Of a stretch of DNA of 64,000 nt, positions 18,352-27,729 are shown piece by piece (the first letter of the stretch is position 1; each line of letters begins with the position of its first letter). The DNA is from Escherichia phage BF17. A model generated the notes under the pieces. The model did not search any database, had not been told where the DNA came from, and saw only the letters and a program-made list of their open reading frames with translations. The position numbers and the translations under genes are program-made. The stretch is from the sequence record MW822008.1; one strand, 5' to 3'.

Positions 18352-19458
18352 ATGCCAAAAGTAAGTATCGACAAAGAAAAATTCATTGAAGAGATGAACA
18401 ACAAGTATGGAGCATATGGTGAATTTGATTTCAGCACTTTAGTATTCAAAGCCAGTAAGACAACAGTTAAATGTAATAAATGCGGAAAAGAAAATACTAA
18501 ACCTGCACTACGTCACATTTCATGTACATGTTCTTCATGTTATTCAAACATGTCACAGCGTTCGAACAACGAAAAATTTATCAGCACGGTAGAAACTAAA
18601 TTTGGAAAAGATAAATTCAAATTTGATAAACTAAATTACATTAACGCTATAACAAAAGTAACCATACTCTGTACAGACGAAGAACATAACGATTACTTTG
18701 AAATTACACCAAACAAATTTCTTACTGGTAAGGGATGTCCTATATGTAATAAAAATGAAGCATACAGTACTGAAGAATTCGTAGAAAAAGTAAAAGAAAA
18801 TTATGGTGATTCATTAGATTTAACTAACACAGTATATGTAAATCAAAAAACTAAAGTAACTGTGTATTGTAAAGCGGGTAACCATGAATGGACAGTTGAT
18901 CCGAAAACTTTACTTGTTGGTAAAACTGGCTGCGGTACATGTTCTGGTAAAGGTGGAAGAAGCACTGAACGTTTCATTGAACTTGTGTCGCCTATCCATA
19001 ACCATAAGTATGATTATAGTTTGGTTGAATATACTATAAGCGAGAATTATGTTGATATTGTATGTCCAACTCATGGTGTTTTCTCCCAACAACCAAAAGC
19101 ACATATGGCTGGTAAAGGATGCCCATCATGTGGTGAATATGGATATCAGCCATCAAAACCTGGATATTTCTATGTTCAAAAACTAACTAATAAAGATAAG
19201 ACAGTGTACAAGTATGGAATCACTGGTGATATGAAACGCCGTGTAAATGAGCAAAGTCGTCATTCTGGTTTTGAACACACAGTACTGATAGAACGTTACT
19301 TTGAAGATGGAAATCAACCATTACTGTTGGAAAAGTTCATAAAGAAATACATTGAAAGTGGTGTTGTAAGTACTGAAGAGTTGCCATCAGGATTTACTGA
19401 AACTTTTGATGCTAAGTATCTTGAAAGTGTTTTAGAAATTGTAAATACTTTTAAGTAA
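18352..19458 (+). CDS. Zinc-ribbon-repeat protein with a C-terminal GIY-YIG/T5orf172-like nuclease domain (homing-endonuclease-like)
   Basis: Four CxxC pairs ('CNKCGKEN', 'GKGCPICN', 'GCGTCSGKGG', 'GKGCPSCGEY'); C-terminal 'GYFYVQK...YKYGITGDMKRRVNEQSRH' fits the GIY-(10-11 aa)-YIG-R pattern. Confidence 0.5.
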   Translation: MPKVSIDKEKFIEEMNNKYGAYGEFDFSTLVFKASKTTVKCNKCGKENTKPALRHISCTCSSCYSNMSQRSNNEKFISTVETKFGKDKFKFDKLNYINAITKVTILCTDEEHNDYFEITPNKFLTGKGCPICNKNEAYSTEEFVEKVKENYGDSLDLTNTVYVNQKTKVTVYCKAGNHEWTVDPKTLLVGKTGCGTCSGKGGRSTERFIELVSPIHNHKYDYSLVEYTISENYVDIVCPTHGVFSQQPKAHMAGKGCPSCGEYGYQPSKPGYFYVQKLTNKDKTVYKYGITGDMKRRVNEQSRHSGFEHTVLIERYFEDGNQPLLLEKFIKKYIESGVVSTEELPSGFTETFDAKYLESVLEIVNTFK

Positions 19459-19481
19459 ACAACCATAAGGAGTTGACACGG

Positions 19482-19832
19482 ATGTTAACTGTATACATTT
19501 TTAAGAAAGAAGAGTACTTAAAGAGTCAGTACTCAAAAATTGAGATTAACGTTCCATACGGGACTTTAGTTGGTTATGATGAAGCTAGTGAAACTTTGTA
19601 TTATAATGATGATAGACTGGACTATAGTATTGATTCATTTATTGAAGACATACTTAATAGTAACACTGAAGATATGTTGTATGAAGAATACTTAGATAAG
19701 TACAAAGAACGTATGTCAAAGTTACATGCTGATGCTCCAGTACTGAACATTTCAAAAACTCCTTCTGAATTCGAGCCACAAAACCCATTCCAACGCCTAA
19801 TTGATGCTGGGGTAAATTTCCGAATTACTTGA
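19482..19832 (+). CDS. Hypothetical protein
   Basis: AAGGAG then ATG at 19482; acidic; no recognisable motif. Confidence 0.4.
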   Translation: MLTVYIFKKEEYLKSQYSKIEINVPYGTLVGYDEASETLYYNDDRLDYSIDSFIEDILNSNTEDMLYEEYLDKYKERMSKLHADAPVLNISKTPSEFEPQNPFQRLIDAGVNFRIT

Positions 19833-19871
19833 TTAATAAATATCTTCATATTACTGATGGAGATATTTTCT

Positions 19872-20180
19872 ATGTCACAGATATGTTATGTTATAGTAAA
19901 TGATGCATGGCCTGATTATGTTAAGATAGGATTTACCAGTAAATCTGAAATGACAGAACGTTTAAGGACATATCAAACTGCTACACCTTTTAGAGATTTT
20001 GTGGTATACCATGAAGTACACTTTGAAGATGCACGTTTAGCAGAGAAAGAAATTCACAAAAGACTAAAACAAATGAACGCAGTAAGGCAACCTAACACCG
20101 AGTGGTTCAAGATGCCTAAGAAGATAGCAGCGAACATCGTTGATTCTGTTCTTGACGATATGGAAAACGACTTGCTATAG
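19872..20180 (+). CDS. T5orf172/GIY-YIG-like domain protein
   Basis: GGAG then ATG at 19872; 'YVIVNDAWPDYVKIGFT...RL...EWF' pattern typical of T5orf172-type GIY-YIG-like domains. Confidence 0.45.
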   Translation: MSQICYVIVNDAWPDYVKIGFTSKSEMTERLRTYQTATPFRDFVVYHEVHFEDARLAEKEIHKRLKQMNAVRQPNTEWFKMPKKIAANIVDSVLDDMENDLL

Positions 20181-20221
20181 TAATAAATATAGTATATATT
20201 AATCATTAAAGGGATTTATAC

Positions 20222-21847
20222 ATGAGCATAAGTTTTAATAACCCACTGGATACTATGACTAGTACTGGTGCTAATGGATCTTTAGAACTAATAGTGCTTG
20301 GTGGTACACCAACTAATCCAAGACCTATTCGTTTTAATTCATCTTCTGTCATTTTACCAGTACAGGCATTGCCAGCAGGTGAGCAAGGTGCTATGGTATT
20401 TGATAGAAATGAGTTGGTGTTAAAATACCACAACGGGACAAGTTGGATTGCAGTATACGATACTGATACAATTCTTGAACCAATCCGTATTTCACTCGAT
20501 GAAGTGAACCGTAAACTGAATTTAAAAGTTGAAACAGTAACATATAGTAGTAGTGCTGTTCCAAGTGCGAGCATTAGTGGTACGAATTTAAATATCGTAT
20601 TCCCTACTCCATCAAGTAGCGGTAGTGGCCCAACAGGTCTTTACACTTCAATGAAGCCTGGTGCAATTACCCAGTACTCATTGACTTCTGGACAAACTGT
20701 TGCTAGTATTCGTGAACAGATGTCTGGAGTAACTAATGGTCAAAGTGGTCGTAATGGTACACAAGGTTCTCCGTGGAAAACTTCTGATGGTTGGTGTTTT
20801 GCTGATGGAATGTGGTGGCAATGGGTTGGTGAAAATGGTACAATCACTAAACAAGTTCCAAATCTTAACCAAGAAGCATACTTGAAAGGCATTACCACAT
20901 CAGGCGTAACTAAAACTGATAGTGTGATTGCAAGTAGTGCATCAATTAGTGGTACTGCGATATCAATTGCTCAACTTCCACCGCACTCATTTAGTTTCAG
21001 TGGAACTACTGGTGCTGCTGGTCGTCATGGTCATAGCCAAGCACTAAAAGGTATGGACAGAAGTGGTCTTAATGCGTTAACATCCAGTAACGACAACGGA
21101 ATCCCAACTGTAATTAATAACATTAACGAAGCACCTGATCACGTGCATAGTTTCAGTGGTTCTACGAATACTGTTGGTAGTGGTCAAGCACACAGCCACG
21201 GAATTAGCAATATTGACGTACCACACTTTAATGTGGCATACTTATATAACATTGCTGAGTCTAACGTTGCATTGAGTGAAAAAGTTGCAAACACCCGTTA
21301 TGTACTGAAAACTGGTGATACAATGTCTGGTTCATTGACTATTGCTAACAGTGCAACAATTCGTTCGAATGATACTTCATTAGTACTTTACTTCCGTAAC
21401 GCTACTAATGGTGAACGTGCAGCAATTTATCATAATTCATCTAACAATACATTACGTTTGAGAAGTAATGGTGGTTCTGAAGTTACAATTAACTCTTCTG
21501 GTGTACTTTATGCTCCATCAGTAACTGGTGCATCATTGTCTATTTCTGGAAACACAGCAACTGTTGCAAGTAAAAACATCGTCAGATCTATTAACGGTAA
21601 CAACGCTGATGCAAACGGTAACGTAACTTTAACACTGGGTGCTGTACAAGATGTTCGTTTAAGTAAAAGAACATCTACGCGAAGTGTTCCTGATTCTTCT
21701 TGGATCTATGCACCAGAAGGTGCTACGCTTGATGGGTTGTTTATTTCCGTAAATGGGAGTTCTGGTACACACGTTGAAGGTTATAGTTGGAGATATACAC
21801 AAAAATTAGTCAATGGTGTATGGACTAACGTAGTAGTGGAGTCTTAA
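20222..21847 (+). CDS. Tail fibre protein with HxH metal-binding motifs
   Basis: Ser/Thr/Gly/Asn-rich beta-like sequence; HxH triplets ('HGH', 'HVH', 'HSH') as in T4 gp12/gp37 fibre domains. Confidence 0.55.
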   Translation: MSISFNNPLDTMTSTGANGSLELIVLGGTPTNPRPIRFNSSSVILPVQALPAGEQGAMVFDRNELVLKYHNGTSWIAVYDTDTILEPIRISLDEVNRKLNLKVETVTYSSSAVPSASISGTNLNIVFPTPSSSGSGPTGLYTSMKPGAITQYSLTSGQTVASIREQMSGVTNGQSGRNGTQGSPWKTSDGWCFADGMWWQWVGENGTITKQVPNLNQEAYLKGITTSGVTKTDSVIASSASISGTAISIAQLPPHSFSFSGTTGAAGRHGHSQALKGMDRSGLNALTSSNDNGIPTVINNINEAPDHVHSFSGSTNTVGSGQAHSHGISNIDVPHFNVAYLYNIAESNVALSEKVANTRYVLKTGDTMSGSLTIANSATIRSNDTSLVLYFRNATNGERAAIYHNSSNNTLRLRSNGGSEVTINSSGVLYAPSVTGASLSISGNTATVASKNIVRSINGNNADANGNVTLTLGAVQDVRLSKRTSTRSVPDSSWIYAPEGATLDGLFISVNGSSGTHVEGYSWRYTQKLVNGVWTNVVVES

Positions 21848-21848
21848 T

Positions 21849-22367
21849 ATGAAAACATATACACATTTCAAAAAATATATCCCAGTAGAAAAGAAACATG
21901 GAGATAATGTTCTTTATCTATTGTCAGATGAGGGTGCTGACTGGTATGATTGTCAAAACGAATTCAGACAAGATACTTTGAAAGTTCAGTACTCTGATGA
22001 TGGTTATATTGCACAAGCATCATATGATGTAACATTGTTAGTACCGTATGGATACAGTGTTTCTGAGTTGGAGCATGATGGTGATGAAGATGAAGTAGTT
22101 GGTAAAATCTATGATGGAAGTAAAATTTCTGATTATGTTGAATCTACTGATGAAAAGATCAAACGTCTATCATCTGAGCACCAAGAATTAAGAACCGTAG
22201 CAATTAATGAGTTGAATAACATTAAGATGGCGATAGATCTTGAGGTAGCAACTGATTATGAAATAGAACTGTTTCCTAAGTTGAAAGCATATGTTCTTGA
22301 GCTATCATCTCTAACAACATCTGAATTTAGTAAGAAGAAGTTTTCGTTCCCTGTTAAACCTGTTTAA
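21849..22367 (+). CDS. Hypothetical protein, possibly tail-fibre assembly/chaperone
   Basis: 172 aa ORF starting 1 nt after the fibre stop; call is positional only. Confidence 0.3.
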   Translation: MKTYTHFKKYIPVEKKHGDNVLYLLSDEGADWYDCQNEFRQDTLKVQYSDDGYIAQASYDVTLLVPYGYSVSELEHDGDEDEVVGKIYDGSKISDYVESTDEKIKRLSSEHQELRTVAINELNNIKMAIDLEVATDYEIELFPKLKAYVLELSSLTTSEFSKKKFSFPVKPV

Positions 22368-22408
22368 AAGTTTTTTTGGAACAAAATCGTAAGTAGTGAT
22401 ACAATGTA

Positions 22409-22443
22409 GTCATCTTACAGAGGTTGTGAGATGACATTTTTTT
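22409..22443 (+). terminator. Intrinsic terminator after the tail-fibre unit
   Basis: GTCATCTtacagaggttgtgAGATGACattttttt. Confidence 0.5.
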
Positions 22444-22467
22444 CAAAACACATGGAGAAGCAAACAA

Positions 22468-22773
22468 ATGGCAAAAGCTAAAAAAGAAGTTAAAGTTGAA
22501 ATTCGTGACCTAAATGATGAACAACGTAAACGTCTAGGTGATGCACTAAACAACGCAGTAGTACAACTTACTTTTATTGACGACACCAAAGCATCCTATG
22601 CAGATTTCATTAGTTCCATCTCTGATGAACTAGGTATTGATGCATCCGATATCAAACAAGCCGCTCAACGTATCTACAAAGGCGATTACTTTGATAAACA
22701 AAACAAACTCGATAATATCGAAACTATCCTAAGTGTTACTAACAATTTGCCACAAGCAGATGACGATTACTAA
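22468..22773 (+). CDS. Small acidic protein, monocistronic; possibly DsbA-like dsDNA-binding late-transcription factor
   Basis: Framed by terminators on both sides; 'ELGIDASDIKQAAQRIYKGDY' loosely resembles my recollection of T4 DsbA; similarity is weak. Confidence 0.3.
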   Translation: MAKAKKEVKVEIRDLNDEQRKRLGDALNNAVVQLTFIDDTKASYADFISSISDELGIDASDIKQAAQRIYKGDYFDKQNKLDNIETILSVTNNLPQADDDY

Positions 22774-22797
22774 TAAGTACTAAAAACTAAACTTTAT

Positions 22798-22828
22798 AGC
22801 CTCCAATGAATGGGGGCTTTATTTTTAA
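22798..22828 (+). terminator. Intrinsic terminator
   Basis: AGCCTCCaatgaatGGGGGCTttatttttaa (one G-U wobble pair in the stem). Confidence 0.55.
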
Positions 22829-22855
22829 CTTAATAAACGTAAAGGAATACAAACG

Positions 22856-25800
22856 ATGTATATCGATGCTTATATGGAACGTAAACGTACTGGTGATATT
22901 TTGCACGTAGCAGAACGTAAAAACGGTAAACGTATTCTACGTCAGTTGGACCCAGTATATGAATATTATGTTGAATCTCCTACTGGTGAACACAAAACAA
23001 TTTATGGAACCAACGCAAAGCATTTGGAGTTTGAAACTCAATCACAGATGAATAAAAGCGTTGAGCAACATAAAAATGAAGGTCTACGTATTTTTGAAAG
23101 TGATTGCAACATTACCTTCAAAACGTTGGCTAGAGAATACATGGGTAAAGGTTCGCCGGATTTGAACGTGGCATTTTTCGATATCGAAACCGACTTCCAT
23201 AAGAAGTTTGGTTATGCTCCACCATCAGATCCATTCAACCGTGTAACTGCAATTTCTCTATATCAATCATGGACTGGTAAGGATTATGTACTGACTTTGC
23301 CACCAACTGATATGGAAATGTACGAAGCACAAGATATTGTTCGTCAGTTAAACGAAGAAACTAACGACCCTAACAGTACTGTCATCCTTTATACGGATGA
23401 GAAAGAAATGTTTATGGAGTTCTTTAGTCTAATCGATGACTCTGATGTAATTTCAGGTTGGAACAGTGAATTCTTTGATATTCCATATATGGTCAACCGT
23501 ACCAAGAAAATCTTCAACGAAGCAACTACTGCTCGTTGGTGCTTGTGGAATAAAAAACCAAATGCTCGTGAAGCTGATAACTTTGGTAAAACTGTAGTAA
23601 CGTATGATCTTATTGGTCGCGTACACTTAGACTATCTTGCTCTTTATAAGAAACATGCTGGTCAAGTTGAACAGTCGTACAAACTAGATTATATTGCTGA
23701 AAAAGTAACTAAAGAAAACAAAGTATCCTATGAAGGTTCATTGGATAAACTATACCGTGAAGATTATATTACATTCTTGCGTTATTCTAAGCAGGATAGT
23801 ATTCTTCTAAAGAAAATTGATGCTAAATGTGACTTTATCAACCTGCATAACCGTCTTGCTCATAAAGAATGTGTACTAATTAGTACTACAATGGGTTCGG
23901 TTGCACTAATCGACACTGCTATCATCAACCTTGCTCACAGTCGCGGTGAAGTTGTTTTTAACAAAGCACCGAAAGATGATATTGAGTTAGATCCAGAGAT
24001 GGAGTACTATGGTGAAGAAGGTGATGAAGAAGATGAGAAAATCAGTGCAAAAGCTGCTGGTGCATGGGTTCAAGATCCAGTTCTTGGCCTTGTTAGCGAT
24101 TTGGGATGTACAGACTTTAACTCATTGTATCCAACTGTACTACGTACACTTGGCATGAGTACTGAATGTATTCTTGGACAACTTCGTCAAGACTACACTG
24201 ATGCATATCTTGCTGCTAAAGTACAAGAGCAAAAAGCTAAATCCAAATCTAAAGCGTTTGAACCTGATTGGACCGCTGCATGGCATGGTTTATTTGCTGC
24301 TGTAGAATTTACAATGGTTCATGAAAAATCTGACAAAACTTTGATTGTTGATTTAGAAGATGGTAGTTCGTTCAATGCAACTGGTAAAGAATTGTATGAT
24401 ATTATCTTTGCTGAAGACAGTACTATTGTACTAAGTGCTAACGGAACACTTTTTGATAAGTCTAAGTATGGTGTAATTCCAGATATTCTTACTCAATGGT
24501 ATTCTGAGCGTAAAGCACAACAAAAAATGGTAATCGACTACAAACACATGTACAGTGATGGGTGGGAATTCAATGGTTCTGAGAAGGTTGAACCTTTGCT
24601 ATCTAACTACACAAGTGGTACAATGTTCCGTACAAACTTACATGACAATGATCCTGTTTACCTATTACGTATTGCTATTGGTAAAGGTCAATGGGAAGAA
24701 GTTGCAAAACTCATTGTGGAAAATGGTTTAGTACTGAAAGATGGTCGTATTTTCTGTGCAACGGAAGATAAGAATTACTTCAAACAGCAAAGTGCATTCT
24801 GGAAACAGAACCAGCAAATTCGTAAGATTCTTCTAAACAGTCTATATGGTGCACTATTGAACAAAGGTTCACGTTTCTTTGATAAACGTTTAGGTCAGTC
24901 CGTTACCTTAACTGGTCGTTCTATGACTAAACATATGGCAAGCCGTATCAATGAAATCACTACTGGCGTTTATAATCACCAAGGTGGCTCTGTGATTTAC
25001 GGTGATACTGACTCCGTTTACTTCAGTGTAACTCATTACCTGAAAGAACAAGGTATTCCATATAATCTTTCGAAAGAAGAAATCGTTGACATGTATATCA
25101 AAATTGGTGATGAAGTTGGTGAATCATTCCCTTCATTCATGAACGAAATGTTCAATACTGGTATTGAGAAAGGTAAGATTGTTGGTGCAGACCTAGAGAT
25201 GGTCGGTTCCCGTGGTCTATTCCTGAAGAAAAAGCGTTATGCAATTCTCAAGTACTGGGAAGATGGTTTCCGTAAAGATGTTGATGGAAAGCCTGGTGAA
25301 ATTAAAGCGATGGGTCTTGAAATTAAACGTTCAGATACGCCAAAATACATCCAGAACTTCCTAGAAGAGACTCTAATTGCATTGCTGGTGGGTGAGTCTG
25401 AAGCTCAACTTAAACAGCGTGTACGTGACTTTAAAGAGGTATTTAAAGACATGCCTGTACACGAAAAGGGTTCACCGAAAACTGTTAAGAACTATACCAA
25501 CTTAGAAGCAGAATATGAAGTTTCTGGTAAATGTAAAGTTGGTCACGTATTAGCAGGTATTCAATGGAACCGTCTACGTGAAGTATATGATGACAAAACT
25601 GTACCTGAAGTAACTGACGGTACAAAAGTAATTGTATGTAACTTAAAAGATAACCCGATGGGTATCAAAGCAGTAGGTTACCCAATTGACTGTGTGGAAT
25701 ATCTACCTGAATGGTTCTTAGAACTACCATTTGATACAGAGAAAATGGAAGAAATAGTTCTAACTAAAAAATTAGAAAACATTTTTGGTATTCTGGATAT

Positions 25801-25861
25801 GGATATTGGTATTCATGAGAAAAGCACAGCAGCCGTTAATAACGGATTCTTCACCTGGTAA
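22856..25861 (+). CDS. 43: Family B DNA polymerase (T4 gp43 family)
   Basis: Exo I 'FFDIETD', polymerase motif C 'IYGDTDSVYF', 'SLYG' motif A region; 1001 aa. Confidence 0.9.
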   Translation: MYIDAYMERKRTGDILHVAERKNGKRILRQLDPVYEYYVESPTGEHKTIYGTNAKHLEFETQSQMNKSVEQHKNEGLRIFESDCNITFKTLAREYMGKGSPDLNVAFFDIETDFHKKFGYAPPSDPFNRVTAISLYQSWTGKDYVLTLPPTDMEMYEAQDIVRQLNEETNDPNSTVILYTDEKEMFMEFFSLIDDSDVISGWNSEFFDIPYMVNRTKKIFNEATTARWCLWNKKPNAREADNFGKTVVTYDLIGRVHLDYLALYKKHAGQVEQSYKLDYIAEKVTKENKVSYEGSLDKLYREDYITFLRYSKQDSILLKKIDAKCDFINLHNRLAHKECVLISTTMGSVALIDTAIINLAHSRGEVVFNKAPKDDIELDPEMEYYGEEGDEEDEKISAKAAGAWVQDPVLGLVSDLGCTDFNSLYPTVLRTLGMSTECILGQLRQDYTDAYLAAKVQEQKAKSKSKAFEPDWTAAWHGLFAAVEFTMVHEKSDKTLIVDLEDGSSFNATGKELYDIIFAEDSTIVLSANGTLFDKSKYGVIPDILTQWYSERKAQQKMVIDYKHMYSDGWEFNGSEKVEPLLSNYTSGTMFRTNLHDNDPVYLLRIAIGKGQWEEVAKLIVENGLVLKDGRIFCATEDKNYFKQQSAFWKQNQQIRKILLNSLYGALLNKGSRFFDKRLGQSVTLTGRSMTKHMASRINEITTGVYNHQGGSVIYGDTDSVYFSVTHYLKEQGIPYNLSKEEIVDMYIKIGDEVGESFPSFMNEMFNTGIEKGKIVGADLEMVGSRGLFLKKKRYAILKYWEDGFRKDVDGKPGEIKAMGLEIKRSDTPKYIQNFLEETLIALLVGESEAQLKQRVRDFKEVFKDMPVHEKGSPKTVKNYTNLEAEYEVSGKCKVGHVLAGIQWNRLREVYDDKTVPEVTDGTKVIVCNLKDNPMGIKAVGYPIDCVEYLPEWFLELPFDTEKMEEIVLTKKLENIFGILDMDIGIHEKSTAAVNNGFFTW

Positions 25862-25871
25862 GGAAAATATT

Positions 25872-26012
25872 ATGATTATTGCAGACGAAACTAAACTAAA
25901 ATATGACGAAGTAAATGACGTATTCTCTGATGAATCACTAGCACTGTCTGAGGACAGTGTTAACGAGGCGTGGGAACAGTACGTTTTATGGAGTGCATCC
26001 CAAGGAGAGTAA
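25872..26012 (+). CDS. Small acidic ORF (46 aa), uncertain
   Basis: AAGGAAAATATT then ATG at 25872 immediately after the polymerase stop. Confidence 0.25.
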   Translation: MIIADETKLKYDEVNDVFSDESLALSEDSVNEAWEQYVLWSASQGE

Positions 26013-26013
26013 T

Positions 26014-26316
26014 ATGGAAAATATCTATAAGCGTGTTGGTGCAGTACTGGAAGATAGTACTATCGTAAATTCAGTACTTGCATACAATAATGATGATGAA
26101 GTTGTTCTAATGTCTGCTGGTTTCACCAGATCTGGCTCTGTTGAAATTGACGGTGAGATTGTTGACGTCTATTCTATTGAAAAGAAACGCAAAGTTGTCA
26201 TTGTTGAAGATGTTAACACGTTAAAAGACTTAGAACATCTACGTTACAAATTCAACATTGGTGCAGGTGCAAACGCTGATAAGCCGTACCTTAAACGTTG
26301 GAACACAAAATACTGA
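26014..26316 (+). CDS. Hypothetical protein (100 aa)
   Basis: GGAGAGTAAT then ATG at 26014; no recognisable motif. Confidence 0.4.
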   Translation: MENIYKRVGAVLEDSTIVNSVLAYNNDDEVVLMSAGFTRSGSVEIDGEIVDVYSIEKKRKVVIVEDVNTLKDLEHLRYKFNIGAGANADKPYLKRWNTKY

Positions 26317-26323
26317 TAAAAAA

Positions 26324-26353
26324 TTGAGACAAGCATCATTCACGAGATATAAT
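26324..26353 (+). promoter_or_regulatory. Sigma70-like promoter (TTGAGA-18 nt-TATAAT)
   Basis: TTGAGAcaagcatcattcacgagaTATAAT upstream of the clamp-like gene. Confidence 0.35.
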
Positions 26354-26420
26354 GGTGCTTGTAGTAATCTGAAGCATACAAAAACATTTTTGATTAACAA
26401 ATAAAACGGAGAATTATATA

Positions 26421-27152
26421 ATGGATCTACGCAACGTACTACGTGACCTAGTTAACACTACCAACGGCATCGACTTTTCTTGTATCGCAGTTAGCAGTGA
26501 AGACCGTGGTGATGGACAGCGTGTTTACATGGAAGCATACACCGATGACCGCACCCTAGTTATGCGTGCTCACACTAAAGAAGACGTACCAGAAGTTCAA
26601 GGTCGTTTTGGTCTTGGTAACCTAGGTCTTCTACAGGGTCTAATGTCTCTAAAAACTTATAGTACTGAAGGAACTACTATCACTTCTAACTTGAAAGATG
26701 GTGCAGTTAAGAGCCTAGCATTCAAAGCAGAAGATGCAAGTACTACTTTCATGGTTCAACCAGAAAAACTAATTCCAGCCCAGCCTCGTTTCCACGAACA
26801 ACCATATGACGTACAGGTTACACCTAGTGCAGCTAAAGTTCAGGAACTAAAAAGCTTCTCTGGTGTGTTTAAATCTTTCAGTTCTCTAGTAACTCCATAC
26901 ACTGAAGGTGATACTCTTTACTTCCACGTTGGTGAGAAGAACAAAAGTAACCACGTTGGTGCACTAGCATTCTCTAAAACTGAAGGTGAACTAGGTCTTG
27001 GTTTTGGTTATAACATTGATCGTGTTCTACAAGCTCTATCCCGCGTTTCTAACGCAGAATCTGTTACCCTTGGTATTACAAAAACTGGTATGCTAAACGT
27101 AACTCTAGACACTGGTATTGCGGTATACAAGATTTACGTAACTGGTTGCTAA
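26421..27152 (+). CDS. Putative sliding clamp (T4 gp45-like)
   Basis: Size close to gp45; strongly codon-biased; 'GLGNLGLLQGLMSL' and 'KAEDASTTFMVQPEKLIPAQP' resemble remembered gp45 stretches. Needs profile confirmation. Confidence 0.4.
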   Translation: MDLRNVLRDLVNTTNGIDFSCIAVSSEDRGDGQRVYMEAYTDDRTLVMRAHTKEDVPEVQGRFGLGNLGLLQGLMSLKTYSTEGTTITSNLKDGAVKSLAFKAEDASTTFMVQPEKLIPAQPRFHEQPYDVQVTPSAAKVQELKSFSGVFKSFSSLVTPYTEGDTLYFHVGEKNKSNHVGALAFSKTEGELGLGFGYNIDRVLQALSRVSNAESVTLGITKTGMLNVTLDTGIAVYKIYVTGC

Positions 27153-27160
27153 TATAAATA
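27153..27160 (+). promoter_or_regulatory. Late promoter motif TATAAATA
   Basis: gctaaTATAAATAatgg just after the clamp stop; followed by hairpin GGGGAACatggaGTTCCCC. Confidence 0.3.
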
Positions 27161-27218
27161 ATGGGGAACATGGAGTTCCCCAAATTTTTGATTTAAAAAT
27201 AAGTAAAGGAAGACAAAA

Positions 27219-27425
27219 ATGCCATTATATACATATCGTTGTGAAAAAGAAGAATGTAAACACAGTTTAGAAAAGATTGTAAAAATTGCCAATCGTGAAG
27301 AACCTCATGATTGTCCTCAATGTAATGGTGAAAAGACTATGAAGTTGGAAGTTTTTACCCCTGGTGATAAAGGTGCTAATCTTTATTTCCGTGGTAAATG
27401 GTTTGCAAACACTGGAGGTTACTGA
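27219..27425 (+). CDS. FmdB-like zinc-ribbon protein
   Basis: 'MPLYTYRCEKEECKH...HDCPQCNGEK' matches the FmdB-type 'MPxYxYxC...C...CPxC' layout. Confidence 0.5.
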   Translation: MPLYTYRCEKEECKHSLEKIVKIANREEPHDCPQCNGEKTMKLEVFTPGDKGANLYFRGKWFANTGGY

Positions 27426-27426
27426 T

Positions 27427-27729
27427 ATGAAAATTAAAATGATTAACGATTATGTACTGGTTCGTCAAATTGAAGCACAGAATAAAAGTACTGGTGGTAT
27501 TATCCTAGGAAACGTGGAACCACCATGTGTTGGTATGGTGATTTCAGTTGGTGAAGGTAAAGTACTACCTAATGGGCAAATTGCAGAACATAATATTTGT
27601 GTTGGTGATATGGTTGTATTCGGTCGTTCATCACTAAACACTCCTATCACTGAAGATCTTGGTGGTGGTGAAGACACATATTATGTGATGAAAATTGAAG
27701 AAATTTTTGGTAAGAAATCAAATGGCTAA
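27427..27729 (+). CDS. GroES-like co-chaperonin (functional analogue of T4 gp31)
   Basis: GGAGG RBS; 'INDYVLVRQIEAQNKSTGGIIL...GMVISVGEGKVLPNGQ...VGDMVVFG' follows the GroES pattern. Confidence 0.7.
   Translation: MKIKMINDYVLVRQIEAQNKSTGGIILGNVEPPCVGMVISVGEGKVLPNGQIAEHNICVGDMVVFGRSSLNTPITEDLGGGEDTYYVMKIEEIFGKKSNG

Noticed and set aside
22397-22405. TGATACAAT as a promoter for the 22468 gene
   Set aside because: A strong hairpin + T-run (22409-22443) starts at the predicted transcription start, so the element more likely belongs to the terminator context of the upstream unit.
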